From assembly GCF_009914755.1 (NCBI RefSeq), contig NC_060932.1: a DNA stretch of 64,000 nt; one strand, written 5' to 3'. The notes beneath the pieces were generated by a model. It did not search any database, was not told the origin of the DNA, and saw only the letters and a program-made list of their open reading frames with translations. Every line of letters starts with the position of its first letter. Within the stretch, counting starts at the first letter, position 1. Origin of the DNA: the human T2T-CHM13v2.0 reference genome, Homo sapiens. The position numbers and the translations under genes are program-made. Below, piece after piece: positions 26,476 to 40,538 of the stretch.

Positions 26476-27523
26476 TTTTATATTTGGAAGATCTAAAAAG
26501 GCTTCAAAATAAAAGGCATCCCTAAAACCAATCACTAATAAAGAAATGCCTCAAATTAAGATTGAAATCAATAAGCACACAAATAATTGCAATTTATTTC
26601 AAGCTATGGTCTGTTCCATGCACTATATGGCCTTCTATTCAGAGCAAGCTGATTCTGCAGGTGTCTAATAAGCAGACAGTAGTGCAGATGTTGTCTTAGA
26701 AATGATTATTTACTTGCTTATAAATAACACTGTAATTTGCATAAATACAGACAGAATAGGCAACTAAGAATCATACCCATATAAAAAGTTTAGTACAGAA
26801 GCTAAGGAACTTCCAGCTGTGCTAGCTCAAAACCAGCAGATGTGGTTCACTTTGTAGATTTGTCAAGTAATCATGACAGCATCTTATAAATATATGAACA
26901 TGAGCAAAGAGCAAGTCAAGAAATCACTCTTTTTTTTTTTTTTTTTCCAGATTGTTCCTGTAGAGACAATAGATGCTGTAATGCAGAAATTGAGAGATGG
27001 TATCAATAGATATTATGGGAACTCACTAAATTCAGACTGTACAGGAAAAGAATGTTTCAGAAGAGTAAAAGACTATTTTGGAATGAATTATAGAGTATTT
27101 TTTAAAGAAATGTAATTTTCTTCCTGTTTCCTTCCTGTTTATCCACATTTACAGAAAATGTTTACAGGTAATTTAAGAGACTCATTATCATTTGAAAAAT
27201 TTTCTGATCCTCTTAGCACCCAACATACACTAGTATTTTTCAATATATAGCCACACATTTCCCATCAGGATTTTTACAAAGTGGAATTAAATAGACCCAA
27301 TAGTTTCAGGCTTGCTGAAGAGATGAATAAACAACATAGCAAAAGCCCTTTAAATCTCCTAGCAAAGGAGACTTTCAAGTATAATGTGTTATTTCCTTTC
27401 TAACCGCTTATCAATTTTGAATTAATTTATTGCCATTGAGATAATGCCTAAATCAGTTAGATTTCAGGCAATAATGCAGAAAAAAATCATAGTCTGTCAC
27501 TGATCATGAAACAGCTAATAGAG

Positions 27524-27699
27524 TAGAGATCTGCAACATTTTTCTGTAAACGTCCAGATGGAAACTATTTTAGGCTTTGCAGTCCATATTGTCTCTGTTG
27601 CAGTCAATACGTAAACTAATATGGCCATGTTCTAATAAAACTTTATCAAAACAGACAGTGGGTGGATTTGGGCAGTAGGCCATAGTTTGCTCATCTCTG
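27524..27699. mobile_element. MER58A (hAT-Charlie)
   Basis: ttttctgtaaa..tattttaggctttgcag..aataaaacttta..gccatagtttgc. Degenerate 8-bp TSD taatagag / ttattgag. Confidence 0.85.
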
Positions 27700-28968
27700 T
27701 TATTGAGTATAAGTCTCACAAAGACTTTTTCTTCTTAGAATTAGCAGGGCCTCAGGCACGTTAGAATTGAACTTTAAAGCCCTTTGAACAGCAAGAAAAT
27801 GTAAAGTTAAGGTTTGATCTTGATTAATTAACTACATAAAGGATTAATTCCCTGATCAAGTAAATTGTAAGTAAGACCTGAAACTAACACAGTGCTGTGT
27901 TCTTCGGTGAGAAATAGGCACTGCAGGCATCTATTCCAAATTCTGATTTTTTTGTAAAATGTGCTAATATTGTATAGTTCAAAAGAAAATTTTTACATCC
28001 TTTCTTCAAGCAGATGTCAAGATTACTGACATCATTACTAGAAGCTAAACTGGCAATGAATGGTCAAGAAAAATTATCTTCAGAATTAGCCTAGGCAGAA
28101 TCACACAATGTGTTGAAAACTCTTCCTCCCCAAAGATGAGCATAATTACCATGCCACTGATTCCCTCTCCTAGTATTGAAAGGAAACAAAACATGCTCTC
28201 CTCAGTAGCAGGCAAGAGAACATCCCTTACCTTTCTGCCAGATTCATATTTGCATTTCTGTTCAACTAGACTGTGCACTGCTTGGGGAAAGGAGCATAGA
28301 TACCCAGGCCACATTGATGATCAGTATATATTTATGAATAAGTAAAGCCTGAATAATAATTTTCAACACATGATGAGGAAAACACAGGTGGATCATAGGG
28401 CTGCTGTCTGGAAGTCCATAGCTGAATCATTCTGTCACAGCACTTCCCCTATTTCTGGCAGTTAACCACAGAATAGAATAGCATCAAGACATTTTAAATT
28501 CAATCAAATGCTTATAAGTCACCTACCGTGTGTCAGTCACAGTGCAAATGCTGTGAATACAAGGAAAGGTGAATTTTCTGCTTCCTCCCACAGCATGTAG
28601 CCTACACTCAGAGGCTTAGTGCCCAAATTAGTCTCATAAGCATTCTAACAAAAACTGCCTAAGATTCATTTTTTAACTGTGATATTTTAATGAAAATGTA
28701 TTTAGCTATATTTGGTGGTATTAGAAAGCACAAGTGAACAAATGTAATAACTCAGACTTCAAAAAGGAAGAAATACAAAATGAAAACTCATTGACATAAA
28801 GGCATTTTCCAGGTGCTCCACATGTGTTTATTAATGCTGTTTTATGAGATCAATTCACAAATTCAGCTATTCCTAAGTGAATACACATAATAAACTGTGG
28901 CAAAATATTAAACCAGTTTGTGAATATTAAAATTTTAACTGTTTTACTTATTTGCATGGAGATTTTCT

Positions 28969-29400
28969 CTGTTTGTTGGTTTTGGGGATACTAATACTGC
29001 ATATAAAACAACCCCAAAAACATTGCAGTGGCCACCAACATAAGCTAAGGTATTATTCACACATCTAGAGATGGGCTGCAATGGTTCCACTTCAGGCTGA
29101 AAGTCATGTTTAGGTCGACTTCCTTTGTCTGTCATTGCAGGACCCAGGTCAAAGGGGCAGCAATCCCCTGAGACATTCCTTTCTCATTTTCCCATTCAGA
29201 GGCAGCAGTGAAAAAGGCCAAGTGAGTCAAATCATAACCATGGAAGTCCATAAAAAGCCCGAGAAAGCCTGGTGAAATCACAATCACTCATACTCCAATG
29301 CAAGGAACACAGTCAAGTCCAACATCAATGGAACAAGAATGTTTTCTTTTTGCATTAGAGAAGAGGAAAAGGAACAGTGAATATTTACTAAACAACAGTT
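28969..29400 (-). mobile_element. MLT1H-like MaLR solo LTR
   Basis: acaaccccaaaa..cagtggc; ggacccaggtcaaaggggcagca; caagtccaacatcaatgg; aacagtgaatattt. Confidence 0.7.
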
Positions 29401-29844
29401 GCAAAGTTAAAAGTGAAGTTCAAAATATAAAAGAAAAATTTTATTTGGAAGTTTCAAAAATACTTTACATATACAAAATCATAAACATCTAAGATAATCA
29501 AAGGCCAGGACTCCAGAGAAAGAGAAAGTGAGTGGTGACATAAGGAGCAAATCAGACAGGCTAATCTGTTCCAGCAGGGGCAGTTTTAATCCCTGTGGAA
29601 TGCAATTTGAGCTTATCACCAGAGGAGAGCAAACAGCATATTTTTAAAAATTTCTGCTCCAAAAGACAACATTGAGGATAAAAACTTTCTTGGAGTTTTA
29701 GTTTTACTTTTTCAGCTTTAAGTTTTTTTTAAAGCTATGTTGTTGCTTGCAATAAATGTAATTACTGTGTTACTGACTAGTCCTATCCAGAAAGAACAAA
29801 GTCTAAAATTGTTACCATAAAAAATAAAACACTTTCTCTTCTGT

Positions 29845-30075
29845 TGATTTTAATTGGCAAATAAAAATAGAATATATTTATTGTGTACAACATGATGTTT
29901 TGAAATACGTACACATTGCGGAATGGCTCAACTGAGCTAATTAACATATCCATCACCTCATATGCTTACCATTTTTTATAGTAAGAACAACTTAAAATAT
30001 ATTCTCCAGCAATTTTCAAAATATAATACAATGCTATAAACTATCATCACCATGTTGTACTATACTCTGTGAAAT
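29845..30075 (-). mobile_element. L1MA (about MA7/8) 3' end
   Basis: tacaacatgatgttttgaaata..ggaatggct..gagctaattaacata..gcaattttcaa..catgttgtac. Confidence 0.85.
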
Positions 30076-30467
30076 TTTTTTCTGAATAGATTTGGATAAA
30101 AATTTAACCAAAATTAAAATAAAGAACAAAACACATCATTTCCCAGAATTAAAAATAAGTACAGAGTTCACTACCCTGAAGCGATGGCTATGCTGTAAGG
30201 TAAAGAAAAGGAATTTTCTGAGATTAATCACAGCATATTTGTCCATTTCTGAAGAGCAACCCAGACCACTGAGAGCTACTAAATTATGTTACGAATAATC
30301 AGTGCTAAGGAATGAACAAAATAAGAGTTGAAAAAAGTTATCTTATAAATATCCACCAACAGTTTCTAGCAGAAATGCTCCAAGAAACTGAAAAAGCATC
30401 CCCAAGCCAAGTCACGTGAGAAATACATGTCTCCTTCCCTCTTGGATTAAGAAATCCTATTTTCTAG

Positions 30468-32215
30468 TTCAGCTCAGCAGGTATCTATTAAGCACTGTTC
30501 ACTGATTTGGTGAACACTTACTCCATGCTTGCTAGGCACATGTTTTTGCTAAGTGCAGGGAATACAGATAGAAAATGCAAACCTTGCTCTTGAAAGCACT
30601 CTAGCCAGGTCAACAGCAAACAAATAATTATAACATACTGAGATAAGTGTGATGGGATTCTTTCTTAGTTTTGCTTCCCCCAAGAACCAGACCTAATACA
30701 AGGATTTGAGTGAACATTGTTTATTTGGGAGGTGAAGGAAACACCAGTTGGGAATTTAAAAAAAAAAAAAGTGAGAAAGGAAGGAAAGGCCACCAATAAT
30801 GGATGCAATATAAAGCAAGGTACTGCTGTGAGCCACTGCTGGGGAACTCAGCGTGACAGTGTGGAACACACACCTCAAAGTCTGGGAGGGCCATAAGCTT
30901 CCCAGCATTCTCCACCTGCATATGAGAAGCAAAGAGTGAGCTTCAGAAGGCCTTCAGGCAAAGAGAGGCAGTTGTTGGCTGTTAGAATCTTGGTAGATAC
31001 GCAGTACTTCCCATCACATGCACACATAAGTCCGAGGGCATGTAGACATCTGCTGCAGAAACATTAGCTTCATAGTCAATCCTGTCAGGAAAAGGAGGTG
31101 ATTACCCTTGAGATCATAAGGTGTGTAAGACTCATGCAGGTTCAGAAAGAAGGAAAATGGTATTTCTGGCAGAAGGACAAGTGTGAGGGCATTCCAACCA
31201 GAAAATCTGAGGCACTTAGAGAAGTCACAAATCCTAGCATACAGAAGCATGCAAAGACAAGAGACAGGGGAGAGAACTGCTGAGAATTGAGGCTAGATGG
31301 GGAGGCAGGACAAAGAGTCAGCCTTGAACCCCATCCAAAGATCTGGATCCAGCATCATGAGATATTTGGGATGCATAGAAATAGGGATACACTATAAAGG
31401 ATTATGGCACGACTTAAATAGCATAAACTCGGTGACAATCAGAACCTCTCTTGACTTTCAGATCTTTTGCTTGTAATTGAATGGCTTCAGTCAAGGAACT
31501 TGAGCCCCTACTCTGGTACTGGGGGCATATCAATGCACAGGAGACAAATGGAAGCCCTGCCTTCATTAGATTTGGGGGTGAGGGGTAACGTATAATTACA
31601 TAAATAGTAAATAACAATTTTAAATAGAAGTATATTGATGAAAGGGCAGTGGGATAAAGAGTGACTGGGCTATGCAGCTAGACATATCAGGAAAGACTGG
31701 TATGAAATGGGGACATTGAAGCTAAGAACCAAATAATGAGGAGGCAAAAAAGCTGAGGAAAAGGCATACTGTGTATGAGATATAGAAAATGAGACTATTC
31801 TAAAGCAGAGATCTGAAATGTGGCCTAAGATGTGGGCAGGAAGCAGATTACATTACGATAAGGAATTAGGAATTTCATCTAGGGATAATGGGAAGCCACT
31901 GGATGGTTTCAAGCAGTGGAGTGAAACGATAAAATATACAATTTTTAACTTACTCATGCTCCTCTCTGGAGAGTGGATCATAGGCATGCAAGCATGGAAA
32001 CAGGGAGACCAGAGGGGAGGCTGTTGCAATAGTCTAAGGGAGAAATGAGGGTGGCCTGGGTCCACAGCTGTGGAGAAGGTGAGAAGTGGTTGGAATCCAC
32101 TATTTTAGAGATTGTCAGGGCTTATTCACAAATGATGAGAAGGATGGTTGTTCATAAACAATGAGAAGGATGAGGAAAAGAGATGATTTGAAACTACTGA
32201 GTGAATGGTGGTTTG
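30468..32215 (-). mobile_element. L2 fragments (one interrupted by the LTR at 30661-31057)
   Basis: ttcagctcagcaggtatctattaagcac; atgggaagccactggatggtttcaagcag; gcaatagtctaagggagaaatgagggtggcctgg. Confidence 0.75.
30661..31057 (-). mobile_element. LTR40-like ERVL solo LTR
   Basis: ttccccaagaaccagacc..acaaggatttgagtg..gtttatttgggaggtga..ccaataa..gctggggaactc..catctgctgca. Confidence 0.65.
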
Positions 32216-32639
32216 ATTAATGTTCTGTGTCTTATGTTATCTAAATTTCATGTTATTATTGTGGAAAAAGGACTGCAATGTACAAACCCAGACTATAAAA
32301 GTCCTCAGTAGTCATAAGATATTAGCATCACTATTATTATTATGTCATGATGCAAAAGTAATTTGATGTATTGAAAATAATTCTAGGCCAACCCTGCCCG
32401 TTTTCCAGAATTAAGCATGATTCCTTGTGCCTCATCTCTTGTAACATCCCCTGTCTTACCTGTAGTTTCTCATGAACTCTTCCTCCACTTCCCCAGGTGA
32501 TTATTTCTCATCTACCAGTCTGTTACTTAACCTCCTTAACTTTTCTTGGCTTCTCTTTTTCAGATGGCTCTACCCCATCCTCATATCTCTTGACTCATGA
32601 ACTAAATCTGAGCCTCTGTTTGCTCTTTCTCCACTGATC

Positions 32640-32977
32640 AGCAACTTAACTCAGGCTGCCTTGACGAAATGCCATAGACTGGGTGGTTTAAACAACAGAA
32701 ATTGATTTCTCACAGTTTTGGAGGCTGCACGTTTGAGATTATGGTGCCAGTGTGGTTGGGTTCTGGTGAGGGCCCTCATGTGGTGAGGTGGGTGAGCTCC
32801 TATCTTTCCCTTCTTTGTCATCCTATAAAGGCACTGATCCCATCATGGGGGCCCACCCTCATGACCTCATCTAAACCTAGTTACCTCCCAAAGGCCATAT
32901 GTCCAAATACCATCACATTGTAGGGCAAGGCTTCAACGTATGAATTATACAGGGACAGAAACATTCAGTCCATCACA
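32640..32977 (-). mobile_element. MLT1A0-like MaLR solo LTR
   Basis: ccatagactgggtggtttaaacaacagaaatt..ccctcatgacctcatctaaacct..aaacattcagtccat. Confidence 0.9.
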
Positions 32978-33271
32978 AAAGGGCATCATGGTAGTGACAA
33001 CAGCATGAACAGCTGTGAGGGTGAGAAGGAACACTTTATTGTGTGTACCTTTACCATGAGCTCCCATTCTGCTGAACTGATGATAGGAAACTTAAAAGTC
33101 ATGCAGAAGGCCCCCCAGTCTATGCCACATTTTGTATTTTATGCAGTGTCAAAGAGTTAAGTAGAGGATCTTTCTGGTTATTGGTCATTTCTCCACATAG
33201 GTTTCTTCTGAAGTGTCCATGTGAATGTCTCCATAACCCCCTCTTTGTGTTCTTTTCTTCCAGCCTTAGGG

Positions 33272-33803
33272 TGTCGTCAAAGAAAAATTACACTGAAAAA
33301 ACTTAAATAGGCAAGGAAACTTTATTCGAGACTATGGCAATAGGGATCAAGACTATGACAATAGGGGAGAGATGTTGAACTCAACTTTGTTGGAATGAAA
33401 AGCAAGACAGCTTTTAAGCATTGGGGTGAGCTGCTGGAAAAGTATTGGAGGACCATTGAGTGGGGAGATTGACGAATGTGATTAGGCCTTTGGTATTTTC
33501 TCACTGGCGTGATATAAGTCAGGCCCCTACCCTCCTACAAAGATGAGGAGATAGGACCCTATCTTTCTTGATGATTACATTTCAAGGGGATGACTCACAG
33601 GTCCTTGAAAATTACATTCTTTGGGTGTAAAACTAGCAAGAGGCTGAGAGATTTATATCTCAAAGGGGCAGAAAAATAACTTGAAATTGCAAGTTTTCTA
33701 GGGCAAATGCGCTAAGAAAAAAGATGCCGGGGACTTAACAGTCAGAAAGAAACCTATCTGAAATATAGTCAGGCTGCAGGGAAGAATGAAGGCATCTTGG
33801 TCA
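33272..33803 (-). mobile_element. MER67-like ERV1 solo LTR
   Basis: gcaaggaaactttattc..caataggggaga; tttcttgatgattacatttcaa; tcaaaggggcaga; ends cttggtca. Confidence 0.75.
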
Positions 33804-33979
33804 ATGTGGAGGATCTGTTTAAGGTCCTATAAGTCTTGGTCCTGGCAGTATCAGGCACTCTTCTCTGGAGTCTTTCAGCTTCCCAGGAGTTTGCGCCAGG
33901 GAAAAGTGTTACGAGTACCCTGCTCCAGTGCTTCAGCCCTCTGTCCATCAACCCTAGTGAGGGAGTTCTCTTTTTCTTT

Positions 33980-34369
<390 letters not shown>

Positions 34370-35197
34370 CTATTCTTTTTGTTTGTTTCCTAATTGACCT
34401 CAGTGGCCCATTACAAGGAAAATCAACCAACAAAAAATGAGTTTCTTTTTCATCAAGGATTGGAAGAAGGAATTTTCAAACCCTCCCAGTGAGTGGAGGG
34501 TAAGGAGGAAATTTTACATTTTGACTTCCCAATGTAGAAAAAAAAAAAAAAGAAGAGGGAAAATGAAAAACAGTGCTAAGTTTTCATACTTAAACAATTA
34601 TGTTCATACTCTGGCACAAAGATAATGTACTTCATAGAATGGTTGTGAGTTTAATGGGAAAATTCATATTTCTGGAAGAAATTCTGACTCTTAAGTACTC
34701 ATTAAATAAGCTCCTTTCTCTCTCCTACACTTTCATTAAGAAATGAAGTATTACCTGTATGTTGGTAAAACACAGAGTGCCTTTTCCAAGATCTTTCTAA
34801 ACCCTTTCTCTTCTGAATTTCAAACTTTAGCCCATGAATCTTTACAAAATTCTACAGAAATAAAATTGTTGATCAAATTTCAACATTTAGAACAAAAGAA
34901 AAAGTACCACCCTTTAATTTTTCAGTGGAAAGGGCTTGTGGGTCAGCCTTATCATTACCAAGTTCATTTATTACTGCTATGAGGCAGTTGAGCTTGCAGT
35001 GTTAATTAACTCTATGAGGGGATATATATCACTGTTGCCCTAGAAAATAACGGTAGGCACTGTGAGGTACTGTCACCCACTGGTGCTCCACCTAAGCTCA
35101 TCTTCATGTTCATAGCTCCACTATGACCTAGAAACCGCTCTTTTCCTGATTTAGGGCTAAACTAAACAGCAGATAATGTGGATGTGAGAATTGTGAC

Positions 35198-35253
35198 TAT
35201 ATATATAAGATATATATGAGATATATAATGCATATATATATATATATATATAT
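35198..35253. repeat. (AT)n-rich microsatellite
   Basis: Interrupted, then pure, TA run. Confidence 0.9.
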
Positions 35254-36142
35254 TAGTTTCTCACTTTTAGGTAAAGATAAGGGAATCAGGGTACAGAGGG
35301 AAGTACTTAGACTTTTAGATTCTACTTGGTCCACAGTAAGCGTCCCATGATGTTATGTCCCTACTCTTCCGATGATACATGGGCAGATTCCAAGTATTCC
35401 GAAATTGTTCACTTGCATCTCCTTCCTTTCCTCATTTTGTTTTCATATTTGTCCCCTGCTTGCTGTGCATGTGCATAGATTATGAGAACTGTGATTCCAC
35501 TGATTGAGGCTGCTGTTGCCTGGTAGGGTTCAAAGGCAGCAGCAGTGGTGCTGGAACTGCATATTCATTCTGTCACATTCTTCTTGTTTCTACTCCATGT
35601 ACACAGCTCTATACCACAGAGTCTGAACCCAGACTGCTTGTTTCCATTGTTTAGATTCTGGCATCTATTCCTCCTGCCCTGGGGATGATGAATAATTGAA
35701 AACTGAACATGAGCTTAATTTGGTATGCCTTGGAAGTGGTTTTTTATGCTGATTTGGTTTTGTGTTCTCTGAAACATCAAGGGCCAGGCTCCCATGTCAG
35801 GAATAATTACTATACCCCATATGTGACACACCTCAAAAATGAACAGGGGACACAGATGACTTCCTACATCATTAGGAATAGTTTTAGATATCTTAATAAA
35901 TGTCAAGAATGATAAAGAGAATTTTATAGCCCTCTTTTTGGGAAAATATATCTTTTCTAACTATTTTGGAAATAAATGTTTTCATTTTACAAGGGATTGT
36001 AGAAAATTATGTCCAAAACTCTATGCTCCTTGTATCATTCAATTGCTTTCCCTAGATAATCAGTCATGGTAGAACCTTCATTAATAGGAATACCAAAGAT
36101 GCTCACACTTCTCTGCTACTGTATTACAGAATGCACCTGAAA

Positions 36143-36612
36143 CTGGAGGTCATCATGTTAAGTGAAATAAGCCAGGCATAGAAAAACAAATATCACATGT
36201 TCTCACTTATTTGTGGGACCTAAAAATCAAAACAATTGAACTCATGGAGATAGAGAATAGAAGGATGGTTGCTGGAGGATGGGGAGGGTAGCGGAGAGGA
36301 TGGAGGAGAGGTGGGGTTGGTTAATGGGCACACAAAAAAATAGAAAAAAATGAATGACCTAGTATTTGATAGCATAACAAGGGAACTATAGTAAATAATA
36401 AATTAATTGTACACTTAAAAATAACTAAAAGGATATAATTGGATTGTTTCTAATACCAAGGATAAATGCTTGAGGGGCTGGATACCCAATTTTCCATGAC
36501 ATGATTTTTACGCATTGCATTCCTGTACCAAAATATCTCATGTATCCCATAAATACATACATACACCCACTATGTACCCCCCAAAATCTAAAATTAAAAA
36601 AATTTTTTTAAA
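36143..36612 (+). mobile_element. L1MA (about MA2/3), 5'-truncated 3' end
   Basis: ctggaggtcatcatgttaagtgaaataagccaggca..aaggataaatgcttgagg..cccataaatacatac. TSD agaatgca(c/g)ctgaaa at 36128-36142 and 36613-36627. Confidence 0.9.
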
Positions 36613-36627
36613 AGAATGCAGCTGAAA

Positions 36628-37021
36628 TGCACTACTCCCCACTGCCCTACACAAAATTTATATGCTTAAGTTTCTCCAGCACTTCAGAATGTGGCCATAT
36701 TTACAGACATGATCTTTACAGATGTAGTTAGGTTAAAATTAAGTCATTAGAGTGAGCCCTAATCCAGTATGACTGGTACCTTTATAAAAAGAGGAAATTT
36801 GGACAGTCACCTAACAGAAGGATGATGATGTGAACATAACAGGGAGAAGACAGCCATCTATAAGCCAAGGAAAGAAGCCTGGAATAGACAGACCATTCCT
36901 TTATGGCTTAACATCTTGATCTCAGACTTCAAGTCTTCAGAAATGTGAAAAAATACATTTCCGATTTTTAAGCCACCCAGTGTCTGATACCATGTTATTG
37001 CAGCCCTAGCAAACTAACACA
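36628..37021 (+). mobile_element. MLT1B-like MaLR solo LTR
   Basis: tcagaatgtg..gccctaatccagtatgactggt..aaagaggaaatttggaca..taagccaccca..gcagccctagcaaactaacaca. Confidence 0.85.
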
Positions 37022-38569
37022 GCATTCTTCTGTCAACCCAAGGCAGGAACACCTAGGCCTAGCTGACTCCATCCCTCCTGTTCACAGCTGATTGCACCAG
37101 AGGAGTACACCTAATCCAAGAGAGCAAAACCACTGACTGTCCAGCAGCCAATAAGAGTTTCTCAAAAATCTGAACCAAAAGGCAAAGCTGAAAAGGAGGA
37201 CGTTGTCTTTAAGGGCAGAGCACTGTAGTGGGTCTTGCTTCTATGTGGGCCGTTTGTTGGGCTCGGTGGTTGTTCCCCTCTTTTTTGTTTGTTTGTTTGT
37301 TTGGGATTCTACATAGTCTGTGGCCTTAACATAAGCTGGAGTAAAAAATTTCGAAGAATTCTTACCTCAGAAAATAGAAGTAAGTCAAGAAGGGACCAGA
37401 TGCAAGCCAAGAGAAAGGTGAAAGGGGGAAGAGAGGAGAAAAATGAGAAAGGGAGAATAAACATGTCACTGCCTTGATTGTGAAGCCAAAATTCATCCAC
37501 TCATTCATTCTACAGAGGCCCTGTGCTAGGCCCTGGGCCAGATGCTGGTAACCCAGTAATAACTAAGACTTAGTTTCCATATCCAAGAAGCTTAAGGTCT
37601 AGAAATATTCGGCTTATTGGTTATTTTGAACTTGCCTTACCTCTATCGCCTTTGATTACAATAGATCAGTTAACAATAATTTCTCCCTCATTATGTCCAG
37701 CTGTGTTTTTAAATAAATGACTCATTCTTGCCTGTATGTCTGCATATATATATATACATATATATATGTAATTTTTTCTGCTATTCTTATTATTTATTAT
37801 AAACTCTATGACGGAAGCAGTGTCCACATAGTTATGAGAGAAAATAAGTCAGAAAAATTAACTTTCCTTCTATTTCTTATGTTTAACGATGGCTCTAGAA
37901 AAATAAATCCTGGAACCAAGAAAGCATATTATTTTAATATCCCTCTCTCCTTTTATACCTCTTTCTTATCTCTTACTTCCTCTCTCTCCAGGTTCTAAGC
38001 CTGTCTGAGAATCACTTCCAGGCTTGATCCCTGATCCATGACGTATACCATGCTCCAAATTTTTTATTCCTCCTTCCATCTTCTCCACTTTAGCAGTAAA
38101 AACCTCCAATAAATTCAGTGCAAGTGAATTAGCTGGTGTCAGGAAAAGTGTAATCAGATGGAACTCAAATGTATGAATGTTTTTGACTAATAATACTTTT
38201 ACCCTCCCTATAGGTTTTCTGGTCTTTCAAAGAAGATACTTATTAATGTAAATTACTGTCCAACCTTTAGAATTACAGGCAGTGTAGAAAAATGAGATTT
38301 TAAAATTCTAAAGATATGTGTACAATGGACCACCAAAAGAGCAGGAAAATTCCCTATCGGATTCTATCCCTAGTGTCCACATCCCTAACTGCCTCTTCAT
38401 TCAGTTTGTCTTCTTCCATTCCTTAGTCAGAGACTCTTTGCAAGATTCTTTGCAAAATCCAGGGTTTTGTGGGATTTATTTTTCTTAAAGGAGGTGAGAT
38501 GAAGTTACAAGAGAAATGTGGAACAGGAGTAGCTGTCTTCTATATAGGTCAACTAACTTAATCATCCTT

Positions 38570-39085
38570 TTATTCCTTTTTATTTAAGAAGTATGTATTA
38601 AGAGCCTACCTTGTTGTCTTTTCCATACTTGGGATACAAGTAACCAGTATGGAAATTGGTTACTTGGGATACAGTATCACAAAGCCTCTGCCTTTGTAAT
38701 ACTCACTTTTGGGAGCATGCAGGGTTCATAAAGCTACATGATCTGGCCAAGGTTTATCACTGCAGGAGTATGAAGTGCACATCAGGGAAGAGTGGCTCAT
38801 GGCAGATGAGATAATAAAAACAGTGTTCAAAGCTAAGACATGCATGGTGCTTGCTATGTGCCAGGTGACAGTATGTCCTTTACATACAACTCACATATAA
38901 TTATTTTGTTCTCAAAAGACTCTAGGAATTAGATACTATTGTTACCATCATCATTCTTGTTTTACAAATGAGGAAACTGAAACACAAAATAATGAGAGCC
39001 ATAGAGCTGGTTATTGATGAAGTTGGGATGTAGACACAGGCATCTGGCTGCCGAATCTATATGCTTCTCCACCACCCTACTGCTG
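38570..39085 (-). mobile_element. L2 3' end (about 38570-38720) and MIR (about 38810-39085)
   Basis: gtattaagagcctacc..gggatacag (L2); tatgtgccagg..ttttacaaatgaggaaactgaaacaca (MIR). Confidence 0.7.
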
Positions 39086-40059
39086 GCATGAGATTGTTTT
39101 ATGTAAGTTGAATTTTAAAATCAGAAACTTTAAATACAATGCCATTAGACTGAAACTAATCTTGTGAAATCCTCTAGGATTCTAAGTGGGAAATGTAGAC
39201 ATGCTATACTTTTGTGAAATTATTGCAGTGATATTTATAATCAAAACTGGAAACTAAAAACCATCCCTTTCTGAACTGTTAGAAAAGCAGATTAATATGT
39301 AAAGTGGTAAAGAAAAGCAATTTTTAAAAATTTGTCCAGTTCTGTCACTAACCTACTGCATGTCTAAGGGTTAGATCACATCAACTCTCCAGACTTGAAA
39401 TTCCTCATATGGTGGGTGATCACATAATTAATTGTCCAAATGGGGACACTTAGCAATGAAGGGGGGCCCTATTAATAATTACACTGGGACGATATTGCCA
39501 GGCAAACCACAGTAGATTGTTGTTCAACTTATGTATCGAAATGAGGCTACAAGAGCTGATCCCTAAATTCACTTCTAGTTGTAGTGGGTGTGTTTGTGTT
39601 TGTTTGACCGACTGTTTATCCAAAGTATTAGGATCATTTAGTAAGAGGCAGAAGGAAAACTCAGAGGTCTGACTTAACCCCGTAATGGTTAACAAGGTCT
39701 GTGCTAGATTAGGACATTTTTATTCTAGTAAATAAAGTAATAACTACAGCAATTTATAAACTGACCACATTTATATTAAATTGAAATTGTGCAAGAGAAA
39801 ACAAATGCAAGTTAATTCCAAGTAGGCTTAATGCCCAGACAATCAGTACTGCAAAAATAAAACAAAACAAAACCAATGCCCAAGAAAGGCTGCCAATTAG
39901 AAAGAAAGAATTAATTTAATTCAAAACATTTTTTAATTTTGAGTCCTCAAGACTAAACAGCTAACTTGGGTACCTCCAACCAGTATGACACTGAGAACAA
40001 TGTGACCTGATTTAAAGGAATTTTGAGTTTGTACAAAGAGCATTGGCAAGAGATCTTAG

Positions 40060-40325
40060 AGTCTTCATTCATGTATTCATTTAACGGATTGGCAAGAGCT
40101 TGTTATGTGCCAAACATTGCTATGGGCTGATGATACAACTAAGTAAAAACATAACCCTTGCCTGGAGGAAATATCAGTCTGATCTTGACACTGCCATATA
40201 AGTGCAGTGAGGCTTTGGATATGTCATTTAACTTTTCTGAGTCTCGGTTTCCTTAAAGTAAAATGAGGGAACTAAAAATGCATGATCACTAAAAATCGTC
40301 ATTTGGCTAGTTAAATTTTATGAAC
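40060..40325. mobile_element. L2 tail (-) followed by MIR (+)
   Basis: ttcattcatgtattcatttaac..tatgtgccaaacattg; gtcatttaacttttctgagtctcggtttcctt..gtaaaatgaggg. Confidence 0.65.
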
Positions 40326-40538
40326 TCAGAAGTTCTGTCTGGATAAATGTTAGCCTTTATCTGGTTTCATTATATTAGATAATAATGTTAGGAAAGTTTT
40401 GAAAATACAATAGGCATGCTTCTGTTTGTTTCCATAGTCATTCTGTTGAAAAAAAAGAGATGTTTTCCTTTCCCCCATAATTTTCCCTTTGTTCACTCTC
40501 TTCAGGCCACATTTTCCATGTGGTTGTTTATCAGTATG

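Noticed and set aside
26928-27115. Poly-T plus ccag acceptor followed by IVPVETIDAVMQKLRD
   Set aside because: The donor is weak, the peptide is unrecognised, and the downstream sequence resembles decayed antisense L2.
33330-33368. Tandem gactatgRcaataggg repeat
   Set aside because: Probably intrinsic to the MER67 LTR consensus.
35505-35550. Hairpin ctgctgttgcct / aggcagcagcag as a pre-miRNA
   Set aside because: The stem is only about 12 bp and low in complexity, too short for a Drosha substrate.
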